From a virus, in the IMG/VR virus record IMGVR_UViG_3300049489_001303, positions 32,001 to 96,000 of that record: 64,000 nucleotides of DNA; one strand, 5' to 3'. Below the pieces are notes generated by a model, which did no database searches, was not told the origin of the DNA, and was given only the letters and a program-made list of their open reading frames with translations. The position numbers and the translations under genes are program-made. This document shows, piece after piece, positions 1 to 9,680 of this stretch; the stretch's first letter is position 1; every line of letters starts with the position of its first letter.

Positions 1-305
1 TCCTTGAGGAGCTTGATCTGGGAGAGGTAGTTGTTGATAAGCTTGTCGTACGTCTCTGTCTGGACCTTGTAAGCATCCAGCGTGCCCTGCGTGATGAGCC
101 GCCAGCGGTAGAGGGACTGGTACTCATTGGCGATGAGAAGCACGCCCTTCCACTGGACCACGTCGAGGCACTTGTACTCCACGCTGTCCATGGTGACGGT
201 CTCCACGGTTGGGAGCGTGAGCATGGGGGCGTTTGCTACTTGCGCCTGTGAAGGGTTTGCAGCGATTATCGAAGCCAGGATAATTGTGGATAAAAGGGTT
301 TTCAC
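1..305 (-). CDS. Exported/membrane protein, possible second spanin-like lysis component (partial, runs off left edge)
   Basis: Not in the ORF track. Manual translation from GTG at 305 (GTGA overlap with the upstream stop) gives MKTLLSTIILASIIAANPSQAQVANAPMLTLPTVETVTMDSVEYKCLDVVQWKGVLLIANEYQSL..., open to position 1. It has a signal-peptide-like N-terminus and no lipobox Cys. Confidence 0.6.
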   Translation of the reverse strand, partial: MKTLLSTIILASIIAANPSQAQVANAPMLTLPTVETVTMDSVEYKCLDVVQWKGVLLIANEYQSLYRWRLITQGTLDAYKVQTETYDKLINNYLSQIKLLK

Positions 306-685
306 AACCCATACTCCTTCTGAAGCCTATCCAGCTCCTCCATAGAGGTGGCAGCCAGAATCTTCCCCCGCCGCTCCCCCGCAACGACGTCAGCGTCGTG
401 AGCGTCCTTGATGGACTCAGCCACGTTACGCTTTGCCGTGTTCAGTTCTTCCTGAAGCTTCACGGCGTTTGCATCGGCTTCTGCGAGCGCCTCATCCGTG
501 CGGGCAGTGACCAATGCGTCGGCGTTGCCAGCGCCATCACCCCCATCGTCTTTACGCATTAAAGACAACACCCACAGCAGGCCGATGATGATCAGCACAG
601 CGAACGCCAACACCTTCCAATACCAAGGAAGGCGAGCGTACCAGCTTTTGGTGCTGTCGAGCAGAGACTTGAAGTCTATCATCAT
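302..685 (-). CDS. Membrane-anchored coiled-coil protein, i-spanin (Rz)-like
   Basis: N-terminal TM segment (WKVLAFAVLIIIGLLWVLSL) followed by a predicted coiled coil; coupled to both neighbours by stop/start overlaps. Confidence 0.5.
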   Translation of the reverse strand: MMIDFKSLLDSTKSWYARLPWYWKVLAFAVLIIIGLLWVLSLMRKDDGGDGAGNADALVTARTDEALAEADANAVKLQEELNTAKRNVAESIKDAHDADVVAGERRGKILAATSMEELDRLQKEYGL

Positions 686-789
686 TTGGTCTTCTTCAAC
701 TTCTGCAGCAACTCGGCGCTGCGCTTATCCGGCGTGTTCTTCTTCAAGCCTTTTGCCGGGGATCCAGTCTTATGGGGAGTATTAGCCAT
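682..789 (-). CDS. Small basic hypothetical protein (35 aa)
   Basis: Manual translation MANTPHKTGSPAKGLKKNTPDKRSAELLQKLKKTK; fills the gap between genes, ATGA overlap with 302..685. Confidence 0.45.
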   Translation of the reverse strand: MANTPHKTGSPAKGLKKNTPDKRSAELLQKLKKTK

Positions 790-793
790 GCTA

Positions 794-1480
794 CTAATAC
801 ATTCCCCGGAACGGCACACGGTATCTCGGGTCAAATCCAGCTTGCTCCCCCTCAGGGTCGTAGCGTTTCATGGGGGGCATCTGCTGTTGGGCAGGTCCGC
901 CACGTTTCATGAGGGCTACCAGCGCTGCCAAGAGGAGAGCTCCCACCATCGCCCCACCGACGGGGGCGGCTTTAGAAGCCACGATCGCTTTCTCAGCCAG
1001 TGCTTTATAGTGCGGCTTGAGAATATTCTCACCCACCATATAGCCACCAGCACCCCCAAGCCCCAGAGCGGCAAGGTAGTGCATGGCGGAGTTGTCACTC
1101 GATAGGGCTGTCTTCCCCGGGGCCGGGGCCGCGGGAGCTTTCATAGGTGCGGATGCCGGGCTGTTTGTCTTACCCACTCCAGGCATAGGTACCACCGGTG
1201 TGGGGGTAGCCTTGGGGCGGAAGAGCGCGGAGGGAGACTGAAGACCGGCCGCAGCCACCTTGTCACCCTCTCCGGCACGTAAGGAGTCCAACTTCCTGTC
1301 GAAGTCTGAGATGGCCCGTTGATAACGGATGTCCTGCAGCTTGTCCATGATGGCGTTGCGAGCACTGTTGCCTTCAACGATCTGCTGCAGACCAGCTCCC
1401 CCCAACGTCCCACCGAGGATAAGGGCCAGTTCTTTGTCGCCAGCTGAGGCAACTTTCAAAAATGTGTGCAGGTGTGTCAT
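794..1480 (-). CDS. Putative virion internal/ejection protein (K-x-A motif, Gly-rich hydrophobic segments)
   Basis: KVAS, KVAA; hydrophobic Gly-rich helices (LGGTLGGAG, LGLGGAGG, GGAMVGALLLAALVAL). Confidence 0.55.
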   Translation of the reverse strand: MTHLHTFLKVASAGDKELALILGGTLGGAGLQQIVEGNSARNAIMDKLQDIRYQRAISDFDRKLDSLRAGEGDKVAAAGLQSPSALFRPKATPTPVVPMPGVGKTNSPASAPMKAPAAPAPGKTALSSDNSAMHYLAALGLGGAGGYMVGENILKPHYKALAEKAIVASKAAPVGGAMVGALLLAALVALMKRGGPAQQQMPPMKRYDPEGEQAGFDPRYRVPFRGMY

Positions 1481-2034
1481 TGCTTGGCCGCCTCATGCAG
1501 TGCTTTCTGGTTACTGATGTCTTCCATCAACAGGGCGCGAAGTGCTTCACGGGCACTACGCTCACGGGAGCCACTTTCTGAGCGATGCTTCAGCATGCTG
1601 AGCAGCGCACCAGCTCCCGCGCCGGCCACGGGCAGGGCCTTCATGCCAGTGGGCAGGGCCTTCAGGGTCTGTCCCACACTCTGACGGGTCAAGCCTTTGG
1701 CCAGCAGGTCCTTGATGGGCTCAAAGGCTTTTTCGCCACCATGGAGACGTGCACCCACACCCCCCACCGACCCACCGATGAAGGCATTAAAGGCGTGACT
1801 GCCGGGGTCGGAGTGTTCCCGCTCGGAGCGGATGATCTCTTCTGTTGGAATACCGGCTTCCAGCCCTTTGGACACACGCTCGTAAACGTCGATCGGAACC
1901 CACTTGTGGGAGCCGGGTAGACGTTCACGGCGATCTCCGGGAACAGGAATATTAAAAGGCATACCCGGGACATTCACCCACATGGGCAGGTCCGCGGCGT
2001 GCTTGATAAACTGATGGAGTATCGACATGATCAC
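1477..2034 (-). CDS. Putative virion internal/ejection protein
   Basis: N-terminal FIKHAA, Gly-rich segments, upstream sigma70-like promoter. Confidence 0.55.
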   Translation of the reverse strand: MIMSILHQFIKHAADLPMWVNVPGMPFNIPVPGDRRERLPGSHKWVPIDVYERVSKGLEAGIPTEEIIRSEREHSDPGSHAFNAFIGGSVGGVGARLHGGEKAFEPIKDLLAKGLTRQSVGQTLKALPTGMKALPVAGAGAGALLSMLKHRSESGSRERSAREALRALLMEDISNQKALHEAAKQ

Positions 2035-2046
2035 CTCGCCCTATAA

Positions 2047-2074
2047 GTATAGGTTCTACTTGGGCGCTTCCCAA
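2047..2074 (-). promoter_or_regulatory. sigma70-like promoter
   Basis: TTGGGA-N17-TATACT upstream of 1477..2034. Confidence 0.5.
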
Positions 2075-2310
2075 CCCTTTCCTGTGGTCCGGGTAGCTGG
2101 TCTATCCGCGTGGCTGTGAACATAGCCGGCTTTGTGCTTGCGACAACCCGGGTAGTCCGGAATGATAGCTGTCAGGATAGGGGGTGAGCTGGTGTACACC
2201 TTCTCCGCATCCCTCCCACACTCGGGGCAGGGGCACAGATGCATCCCGGCAGGTACCATTTCCTCAAAAGCAGCGTTGCATCCGGGGCAGACAAAATCAT
2301 GTAGGGGCAT
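2056..2310 (-). CDS. FmdB-like zinc-ribbon protein
   Basis: MPLHDFVCPGC...FE...CPECG...KV pattern. Confidence 0.7.
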   Translation of the reverse strand: MPLHDFVCPGCNAAFEEMVPAGMHLCPCPECGRDAEKVYTSSPPILTAIIPDYPGCRKHKAGYVHSHADRPATRTTGKGWEAPK

Positions 2311-2331
2311 GTAGGTGTTTCTCTTTCTTTG

Positions 2332-4371
2332 TCATACAGACAAATTGTCTTTGAAATTGATAGCCATGGCTCCGTCGATAACCTTCAGGGCCATATCCGT
2401 TTTAGACACGGGAGCACAAATGTCCATGGTGCTGTCAGAGCATAGGGGGCACATGTCCGGGGTGAAATTAACGTCCTTTTCAGGGGTGTCGGTGGTGCCC
2501 ATGTTATCCCCGATAACTTGTGACACCGAGGGTATCTCTATGGTTGCCATGAGGGTATCCAGCCAATCTGAGTTGGGCAGATCAGGGTCTGTGTAGCCGG
2601 GAGGTGTCTGTGGCGGATACACCAGCACACCGCTGTTCATATCCTTGTCTTTCCAGATGTCCCCAAAGTCCTCTTTCGATACAACGTCGCTGAAGCTCTG
2701 GAAGGAGTCTTTGGACAACCCGAACAACCATCCCACCGACTCAACGACCTTCTTCACATCAGGGCTGCGCCCACCAGCCAGGAACACCAGCCCGGTGACA
2801 TACTCGTCGCCACGGTGGAAGGGGGGCGCTTTTGGAACGTTGGGGTCCAGCATGTTTACGCAGAGGTCATTCAGGAAGTAGTTGTTACCTCCCATGCCGT
2901 AGAAGCCATGTGTGTAGATGCCAGCCTTCGGGGGTTGCAGGAGGTACAGTAGACGCTCTACCTCACTCACCACTCGGTTGCCGATGCCTACGTATTTGTT
3001 GATCTCATCCTCGATGAATACCAGAAGCTCTTCCAGGGCCTTAGAGGACCCGGCTATCCGCGACGCAAAGAGGGCCATGAGGGCCATGATATCTTCGAGT
3101 ACTCTGGCTACTGGTGGTGCCATCTCCCGCAAGCTTCCTGTGCGGTACCAGTCGGGGCGGTGGCTGCTCGGGACAGTTACACCCATGGTGACTCGTGCCA
3201 CGTTGGATATATCCTGGTAGGGCATTATTCCGGGGACCCCTGAGTATTCACCATCGCGAGCATCTTCGGCCTGTTTGACAAGGGCGTTGACATCATCATC
3301 GGGCCCGAACCCCTGCAGCTGCCACGCAACGGCGTAGTAGTACACGTCGCTCTCCTCGACGTCGGAGGCAATATAGTCCTCATAGGAGATCTTGGTGACA
3401 TTGTACTTACCCTCGTGGATCACCTCAATATCCCCCATGGTGCTCTTCTTACCCTTGGTCAGGATCTCTCCTCCATCGCTGAACAGCTCTGAAACGCTGC
3501 GGGCGGTAGACATACGCAGGGAGTTCTTACCGCGGATAACGGCATAGCGCACAGGTCGGAAACTGGCTCCCCCCAGATCCGTAAGGGATGTGATGGGGAA
3601 CTTGGGGGGATCCCAGGTGAGGGTGACTCGGCAGGATCCGGACTGCCCACTCTTATCCGTGAACAGAGCCGTGCCCCGAGTGACCTTCCCCATGGCTATG
3701 GCCCTTAGATTCAGGGGCTTGGGCCATTTCACGTAGTTGGGGCTGTTGAAGAATATGCGGAAACGCATGAGATCTTCTATCAGATCCAGTATGTTGAGGT
3801 TGGTACCCAACACCACCACAAACCCGGCGACGTAGTCACGTTCGCTGTTGAACTGTGGCCTGTTGAAGTCACCCGCGTCGTACAGAGAGTTTATAACGGC
3901 GTTGACGAAGCCGGCGTTGCCGCCGCTGTAACGGTTGCTTGCGGCGATACGTGCTATCGTCTCTGGGTCGTTATTCTGGGTGGGGGCATCTGAGAATAGC
4001 CTGGAACTGTTATCCCCGTAGGCCGGGTTCTTGAGCACCCCTGTCAGCACAGGTACTTTGGGTATACCCCAGTCAGGTGTGAGGTCGCCCTGTCCGTGGA
4101 AGGTGTGAACGATCCTCTTCTGGATAGGGACGTGCAGCATGTAGCCACCAGCCCCGTCCAGAAGACTCTTCAGAGTGTCCTCAATCTCTTTGATCAGAGC
4201 CTCCAGAGTAGCAGCGATGGGATCATTGATAAGACGCGCCGCTGCCAGAGCTATCTGGGCGGCTTTGAGGATCACGTCTAGTACCAGCCGAGTGGTAGCG
4301 ATGAGCTTCTCGATAGGCTCTACAGGGATATCAGGGGATACTATCTCCAGCCTTTGCCATTTATCAGCCAT
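2332..4371 (-). CDS. Hypothetical protein, probably virion structural (679 aa)
   Basis: Long ORF in the structural region, helical termini and beta-rich middle; no recognised motif. Confidence 0.6.
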   Translation of the reverse strand: MADKWQRLEIVSPDIPVEPIEKLIATTRLVLDVILKAAQIALAAARLINDPIAATLEALIKEIEDTLKSLLDGAGGYMLHVPIQKRIVHTFHGQGDLTPDWGIPKVPVLTGVLKNPAYGDNSSRLFSDAPTQNNDPETIARIAASNRYSGGNAGFVNAVINSLYDAGDFNRPQFNSERDYVAGFVVVLGTNLNILDLIEDLMRFRIFFNSPNYVKWPKPLNLRAIAMGKVTRGTALFTDKSGQSGSCRVTLTWDPPKFPITSLTDLGGASFRPVRYAVIRGKNSLRMSTARSVSELFSDGGEILTKGKKSTMGDIEVIHEGKYNVTKISYEDYIASDVEESDVYYYAVAWQLQGFGPDDDVNALVKQAEDARDGEYSGVPGIMPYQDISNVARVTMGVTVPSSHRPDWYRTGSLREMAPPVARVLEDIMALMALFASRIAGSSKALEELLVFIEDEINKYVGIGNRVVSEVERLLYLLQPPKAGIYTHGFYGMGGNNYFLNDLCVNMLDPNVPKAPPFHRGDEYVTGLVFLAGGRSPDVKKVVESVGWLFGLSKDSFQSFSDVVSKEDFGDIWKDKDMNSGVLVYPPQTPPGYTDPDLPNSDWLDTLMATIEIPSVSQVIGDNMGTTDTPEKDVNFTPDMCPLCSDSTMDICAPVSKTDMALKVIDGAMAINFKDNLSV

Positions 4372-5017
4372 TCAGGTAAGTCTCCAGTCGGGGCTTTGTC
4401 CCGAAGGTCTGAGTCAGCATGGATCCGTAGTCCCTTGCAATATTGAAAGTATAAGGGCAGTCCTGCAGGAGTATAGTGTTCTGCTGCTGAACTGTCCACC
4501 CAGCGATCGTTTTATTGCAGGCTTCAATGCCGTTCATGAAGGATAAGTACAAGTTATTTTCCGTAGCATCCCTGTTGTCCCAGAAGTAGGAGAACGCTGT
4601 GGCTCCCATGACATACCGAAGATAGGCCAGCCGCCAGAAGTCGTCGTTGGGTTTACCCAGTAAATCCCCACACAGGTAGTTCACTTCGTCAGCGTTGGCA
4701 TTCAGGGCGACGCCCCAGGCATAGGCATTCAGCTGTATTTTCTCTATAGAGGTCCACTGCACAGACGCCGCCAGACATTCAGAGGATGTAACCAGCATGA
4801 GACCCATGCGGTTATCCCGGGTGGTTTTTGGTGTGGTCAGACCCTGGGGGTTAACGCGCATCAGGTGACCCACTGCCAGCCCCACAGGTGCTCCCCCGCA
4901 GCCTTCCCTCAGGGTCTTGGAGTACAGCCGATAGAGGCTCCTTGCAACGTCCCTGTCCTGGGAAGCTCGGGCCCGGGCCCGCTTCTCTCCAATGCTCACA
5001 GCGCTGTTAACACTCAT
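4364..5017 (-). CDS. Hypothetical protein
   Basis: 217 aa ORF overlapping both neighbours by a few nt. Confidence 0.6.
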   Translation of the reverse strand: MSVNSAVSIGEKRARARASQDRDVARSLYRLYSKTLREGCGGAPVGLAVGHLMRVNPQGLTTPKTTRDNRMGLMLVTSSECLAASVQWTSIEKIQLNAYAWGVALNANADEVNYLCGDLLGKPNDDFWRLAYLRYVMGATAFSYFWDNRDATENNLYLSFMNGIEACNKTIAGWTVQQQNTILLQDCPYTFNIARDYGSMLTQTFGTKPRLETYLNG

Positions 5018-5220
5018 TAAAACTCCCCGCTGTCTATGATCTTCACGTACACCCGCTTTTCAAAAACTGGCGGTTCAGGTGGTATGAGAGACTGAGCCTC
5101 GAGTTGCTGCTGCTTCTTAGCGGCCAGATACTCTGGCCCCAGTTGCTGTTCGAGTTTCTCAATGGCTTCCTTGGTCAGATAGCTGAAAAGCTGGGTAGCG
5201 AGTTTGCCAACCCGGGCCAT
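5017..5220 (-). CDS. Hypothetical protein
   Basis: ORF 5017..5283; likely start ATG 5220 (MARVGKLAT) with AGGA SD. Confidence 0.5.
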   Translation of the reverse strand: MARVGKLATQLFSYLTKEAIEKLEQQLGPEYLAAKKQQQLEAQSLIPPEPPVFEKRVYVKIIDSGEF

Positions 5221-5294
5221 GTTTCTATCCTGGAGTCCTTGCCATCGAACACTAGTCATGTTCGGAATTGTAACCCTTAACAAAGGAAATTACA

Positions 5295-5480
5295 ATGACT
5301 ATGGTCAAGGTGATCTTCGAGTTGATGCTGAAGTATGGTGGACCTTTACTGGCGATCCTGTTAGAACTTGGTTATGGCTTTCTGTCTTCTATGGCGGACA
5401 AAGCGATGGATTTCATCGTTGTGTACGCTCAGAAGTTGGGAGTCAATGCCAAGTCCGAACTCGCCGCCGCGGGTCTGTGA
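5295..5480 (+). CDS. Small hydrophobic protein (61 aa), stand-alone cassette
   Basis: AAGGA SD, hydrophobic N-terminal half, followed by its own terminator. Confidence 0.5.
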   Translation: MTMVKVIFELMLKYGGPLLAILLELGYGFLSSMADKAMDFIVVYAQKLGVNAKSELAAAGL

Positions 5481-5567
5481 TGCTGCATCATGAACTCAAA
5501 TAGGAGTGTAAGATGAAGTAGAGAACAAGATTTTAAGAGTGTAAAACAGTTTCGTCTCTGTCAATCC

Positions 5568-5602
5568 GAAGTTGGCTGCAACCCGCAGCCAGCTTCTTTT
5601 TT
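5568..5602 (+). terminator. Intrinsic terminator
   Basis: GAAGTTGGCTGC-AACCC-GCAGCCAGCTTC-TTTTTT. Confidence 0.8.
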
Positions 5603-5614
5603 CAAAGGAAAAAC

Positions 5615-6472
5615 ATGAAAGCGAAAGACAAGTTTATGTTGCCGTTAGGGTGCGATAAGTACCAGATGTGTTCGGCGCAGGGATGCTTCGCCGATGCGAT
5701 CACCGAGTTCTACGCCGTAAACAAGACCGGCCGTCTCAAGGTCTTCGGATCCTGCCTTGAGCACCTGGGCGACATGAGAGCTGCTGCTGCGGCCTCAGCC
5801 ATGGGCCAGGCTTACAAGTGTGAGGAGAGTACCACCTTCACATCGGAACCCAAGTCGGACGTGAAGTCCAAGACGGTTGTCGAAAAGGCACCCCCGGCGA
5901 AGAAGGGTGCCATCCCCGCTGCCCCGGCTGCGCTCCCGGAACCGGAGCGGAAGCTCCCCGTGAAGACCAACCATGATGGAACCCCGGCACCCAAGTTCGC
6001 AGGGTATCCCCCTGAAGAAGCGCCGAAGTCCCATAAGAAGAAACCGGTATCTGCCACCATGCTGGCTGCCATGAAAGAAGCTGTGGCTCCGGTTGCCAAG
6101 GCTTCCCCAGTGAGGAAGGCCATTGTGCCCCCTCCCCCGCCGGCAGGAGCACTGACCCATCGAGCTGTTAAAGATTGGGCGTGGCAGAGGCCTAAAGGCA
6201 CATGGATGAGCACCGATGGCACCGTGCTTCAGATCTCTGCACTGTCCGACGCCGAGCTCTGCTCCGCCGCAAAGGCGATGGTGGAAGCCAACTATCAGCG
6301 AAAGATGGACTACACACTCTGGGCAAAGGTGCTGGACCCTAACCCGCTCTGCATGTACCCCAAAGAAGCGATGACCGTCGGGACCGAGCTCGTGCGACCG
6401 AAGCTGCTGGAGTTCCAAATCGAGGCAGCATCCCGCGGCCTCTGTGACCCACCCCCACCCGACAAAGAATAA
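5615..6472 (+). CDS. Hypothetical protein (Cys-rich N-terminus, Pro/Ala/Lys-rich linker)
   Basis: AAAGGA SD, 285 aa ORF. Confidence 0.7.
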   Translation: MKAKDKFMLPLGCDKYQMCSAQGCFADAITEFYAVNKTGRLKVFGSCLEHLGDMRAAAAASAMGQAYKCEESTTFTSEPKSDVKSKTVVEKAPPAKKGAIPAAPAALPEPERKLPVKTNHDGTPAPKFAGYPPEEAPKSHKKKPVSATMLAAMKEAVAPVAKASPVRKAIVPPPPPAGALTHRAVKDWAWQRPKGTWMSTDGTVLQISALSDAELCSAAKAMVEANYQRKMDYTLWAKVLDPNPLCMYPKEAMTVGTELVRPKLLEFQIEAASRGLCDPPPPDKE

Positions 6473-6481
6473 ATCCCATAC

Positions 6482-6521
6482 AAAAAGAGAACCCCCTGCC
6501 AGTTGCAAAGCTGGTAGGGGG
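6482..6521 (-). terminator. Intrinsic terminator between convergent genes
   Basis: CCCCCTGCCAG/CTGGTAGGGGG stem, followed by a U-rich tract on the minus strand. Confidence 0.65.
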
Positions 6522-6552
6522 CTATCCTAAGTTTGAAGCTTAAGTTTTGCTA

Positions 6553-8076
6553 TCAGGCTGTGGTCGCAACAGTGGCGGTAGCAGTCTGGCCGCCGGCCGT
6601 GATATGGATATTGCAGAATTCGCCGGTAATACCGGACAGCGGAGCGGCGGATACGTCGGCGTTGGTTCCAGTGACCAGCCAGAGATTCGTAGCAGCAGTC
6701 AGCGGGACTACCGACACAGATGTGGCCGCCGCGCTGGCAATGGTCATTGTGAGAGGCCCACCGTATGCGGACGAGAACATCGTGGGGGAAATCAGGGTTG
6801 CAGTCTGGGTGCTGCCCGTTCCAATAACCGTAGCGAGGACTGTGTTCGCAGACGCTTCAGCGTTGATTGCGGCTGCAATTTTCGTCATGGTGTTTTCCCC
6901 AGCAGTGGTGCTGAGGGAAACCGTGAATGTAGTGATCCCATCTGCCGTCGCTTTTGCACACGTAGGGTCACTGCCCTGTGCCCCCGCGATAACTTCCAGC
7001 GCGTACATGTCACTGCCACCCGAACCGATAACTTCGGCAGTGAGCCGAACGTATCCAGCAGCTGCAGCACCTGTGATCAGGGCGGATGCTACAGAAAGAC
7101 CCGTTACAACACAGGGGATAGCTGCCGGAGTGTTCACATCAACGGCTGCTTTGTGCACGATTTCGATGCGCGGAGCCGTCAGAGTCACAGGAACACCTAC
7201 ATTGGTGACGCGGTTGTCAGAGCGAACCTGCAGCATCACGTTGGAACCGGTGGCAGCAGTGCCCAGAGACGGGGTGGTTACTGTCAGGGTAACTACGGGA
7301 GAACCTGTGGGAGTGTAGACGTTGGTTGTGACGTTGAAGGTTCCCGTCACGTCGGTAACTACACAAGCAGCGCCTCCGAGGGTTACACTGTAACCGGTTC
7401 CAAGACCACCGGAGAGAGAAACAGCCGCCAGAGCGGTGGTGAACAGCTTGGCGCCGTTACCATAAGCAACCGACTTGGCAACTCCGGCCATAGTGATGTT
7501 GAAAGCAGCGACCACAGCAGAGAGTGCCCGACTGGCGCCGCCGAGGTTAATGTCAACGATCGAGTTTGCGTAGGTGACCGCCAGACCGCCGTTACCGACG
7601 TTCGTGATCTTCACGCTGATGTCGTTACCGGATGTTCCGGCGTTGAGGGCAACGATGTTCATCCAGGACGCGGTGGGATCTTCGTCCGTGATCAGTCTTG
7701 CAGTGGCAAAGGTCTGTGCGCCGAGGAGGTTGTTCACAACAACAGTGGCCGAACCGCCGCCAACGGCGATAGCCGTGGTGCTGTCGATGGCCGGATCAGA
7801 ATCAGAGCCGGGCTGTTCAGCATACGCCGGGAGGTCGTACGTTACGCCGTCACGGATATAAGTCTCCGCGGGGGCCAGTATGTAAGAGATGGCGCCATCA
7901 GCAGCCATACGGTCCAGAACTGGAGCAAGACGCTCAAGCTGACCGTCATCCATGATGATGCTCTTCGTGGTGCCTGCAGCCACTTCCCAGACAAGCTGCT
8001 CAGACATACCCGGACGGGGATCCTGAATAGCGACATTGTTTACGGCCGTTACGTTTACTTTAATCATGATAGTCAA
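6553..8076 (-). CDS. Virion structural protein, beta-rich with sheath-insert-like repeats
   Basis: Ala/Thr/Gly/Val-rich, two similar modules, GGAGG SD, own promoter and terminator. Confidence 0.6.
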   Translation of the reverse strand: MTIMIKVNVTAVNNVAIQDPRPGMSEQLVWEVAAGTTKSIIMDDGQLERLAPVLDRMAADGAISYILAPAETYIRDGVTYDLPAYAEQPGSDSDPAIDSTTAIAVGGGSATVVVNNLLGAQTFATARLITDEDPTASWMNIVALNAGTSGNDISVKITNVGNGGLAVTYANSIVDINLGGASRALSAVVAAFNITMAGVAKSVAYGNGAKLFTTALAAVSLSGGLGTGYSVTLGGAACVVTDVTGTFNVTTNVYTPTGSPVVTLTVTTPSLGTAATGSNVMLQVRSDNRVTNVGVPVTLTAPRIEIVHKAAVDVNTPAAIPCVVTGLSVASALITGAAAAGYVRLTAEVIGSGGSDMYALEVIAGAQGSDPTCAKATADGITTFTVSLSTTAGENTMTKIAAAINAEASANTVLATVIGTGSTQTATLISPTMFSSAYGGPLTMTIASAAATSVSVVPLTAATNLWLVTGTNADVSAAPLSGITGEFCNIHITAGGQTATATVATTA

Positions 8077-8147
8077 TCCTCCAGTTAGGGATTTAGTTAC
8101 AAAGTCCGGCTAAAGTATAGTGCCACAGGCCAGAACAACAACAAAAA

Positions 8148-9674
8148 TTATCCGCCCATTTTAACTACTTTACTTTGTACCAGTGGAACCAGTGCTGGCA
8201 AAACAGTGTTTGACGGCAGTGCTGCTACGGAGCTGGGGCCTGCGGGAGTAGGGTGAGTATGTGTGTCCAGCCAGAGCATCAAAGCGTCAGCGAAAGCCTT
8301 GAAAGGCTCATACAAAGTACCAGAGAAGATACATTGAGTGGGTGGCAAGCCAAGCCCGATGCTACCCCCCATCCCCCCGGAGGCTTGACTCATAGTGTTC
8401 AGCGTCACAGAGGTTCTGGTTGCGGGAAGTTTGGGGGAGGCGCCGATGACGATGTCACCGTTGTGGGCTACGATCTGTATGCCCGGCATCGCTGCGGGGT
8501 TGGCTCCTTTTTTTGGGCTGCCAACCTCCATGATCCAGCTGCCGTTCACTACGTGTTGCTCGAGGCCTACGTTGATGGGCTTCGCCGTGGCGGGGTTACC
8601 GGCGCCAATGGTCTGGCGCATACTTCCGGAAATAATACTGTTCTTGCTCCCACCTATGTTCTCTGAGTCATCCGCCCCGGTTATACGGTTATCTGTTCCG
8701 GAGATCTTTGTGCTACGGGTGGAGCCGAACTTGTAAGCCGCCGGGCCGCCGACCTCTTCCAGCACCGTTGTGAGGATCCGGGTAGACAGAGCGTTGAGGT
8801 CCATATGGGAGTAGGTGCTGCTGCTGTCCACCAGGGATATGCCGTTAGCTCCCTGAATAGTGATTCCACCGCTGGACGTAATACCCACCAGCGCTTTGGT
8901 GGTGCCGTCGGGGTCACAGACCTCCATACGGAAGTATTGGTCAGGAGCACCGATGTCCAGCTTGAAAGTCCACTGCTCCTCCCCGCCACCGCTCTCATCC
9001 AGCTGGTCAATAGCCCCACGGAAAGACAGGCCGTTGCGTCCTTCCTTGTTGTGGATCTTGAGTTCCCCGAAGCCGGTGAAGACCTCATAGTTCTCCGCTA
9101 CCACACGGGCTACGTCCCCGAGCTGGTGGGTTTCAAAGCGTGCTTTTCCGGCGTCCAACGTCCCGAGGATGCTGTAGCCCCCGAGGAGAACACCCACACA
9201 GTTACCATCTGGACCTACAGTGATCCAGTCACCGGGAAGGGCGTCTACTGGAGCGTAGGCTGTCCTGCTGATAAAGCCTGTGGGAGTTAGCGCCGTAGAG
9301 GACATCTGGGCTTCTGGAAGGATCGAAACGCCCAATCTGTTGAGGCTGTCCATGGAGATCGAGTCGAAGTTAATCGCACATTCTATCTTGGGACCCTTAC
9401 CTGTTTTACAGTCTAAAAGAACGTACGTTCCGATGGGGTAGGGGGCCGTAGTCAAGGGGCTCCCCATCTTGACATCTGCCTCAAAAGGACCCCTGGCGCC
9501 CTTGATTCCCGGGCTGCTGCTGTTACCCAGCGCCACAACCTGATATACTCCCCGCTCAGGGCTGAACGAGGTTATCATCGCAATTTCTTTCTCTGCGAAT
9601 TTATTGAGGTCGTTTACCGCGGCGGCGCCCTTGCGGAGGTCACTGTTGAGTTGTCGCTGTGCTCGATTTACCAT
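8148..9674 (-). CDS. Baseplate central spike (gp5/gpV/VgrG-like)
   Basis: Beta-helix-like repeats; C-terminal HTHPTPAGPS (HxH apex motif); adjacent to the tail tube gene. Confidence 0.7.
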   Translation of the reverse strand: MVNRAQRQLNSDLRKGAAAVNDLNKFAEKEIAMITSFSPERGVYQVVALGNSSSPGIKGARGPFEADVKMGSPLTTAPYPIGTYVLLDCKTGKGPKIECAINFDSISMDSLNRLGVSILPEAQMSSTALTPTGFISRTAYAPVDALPGDWITVGPDGNCVGVLLGGYSILGTLDAGKARFETHQLGDVARVVAENYEVFTGFGELKIHNKEGRNGLSFRGAIDQLDESGGGEEQWTFKLDIGAPDQYFRMEVCDPDGTTKALVGITSSGGITIQGANGISLVDSSSTYSHMDLNALSTRILTTVLEEVGGPAAYKFGSTRSTKISGTDNRITGADDSENIGGSKNSIISGSMRQTIGAGNPATAKPINVGLEQHVVNGSWIMEVGSPKKGANPAAMPGIQIVAHNGDIVIGASPKLPATRTSVTLNTMSQASGGMGGSIGLGLPPTQCIFSGTLYEPFKAFADALMLWLDTHTHPTPAGPSSVAALPSNTVLPALVPLVQSKVVKMGG

Positions 9675-9680
9675 GCTGGT

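Noticed and set aside
5440-5480. tmRNA-like tag (SELAAAGL)
   Set aside because: The resemblance is weak and there is no tRNA-like domain around it.
6547-8088. Long antisense ORFs (also 10442..12001, 27148..28584, 51846..53018, 56825..58138)
   Set aside because: They mirror well-supported genes on the opposite strand, have no motifs or SD, and are expected from codon bias.
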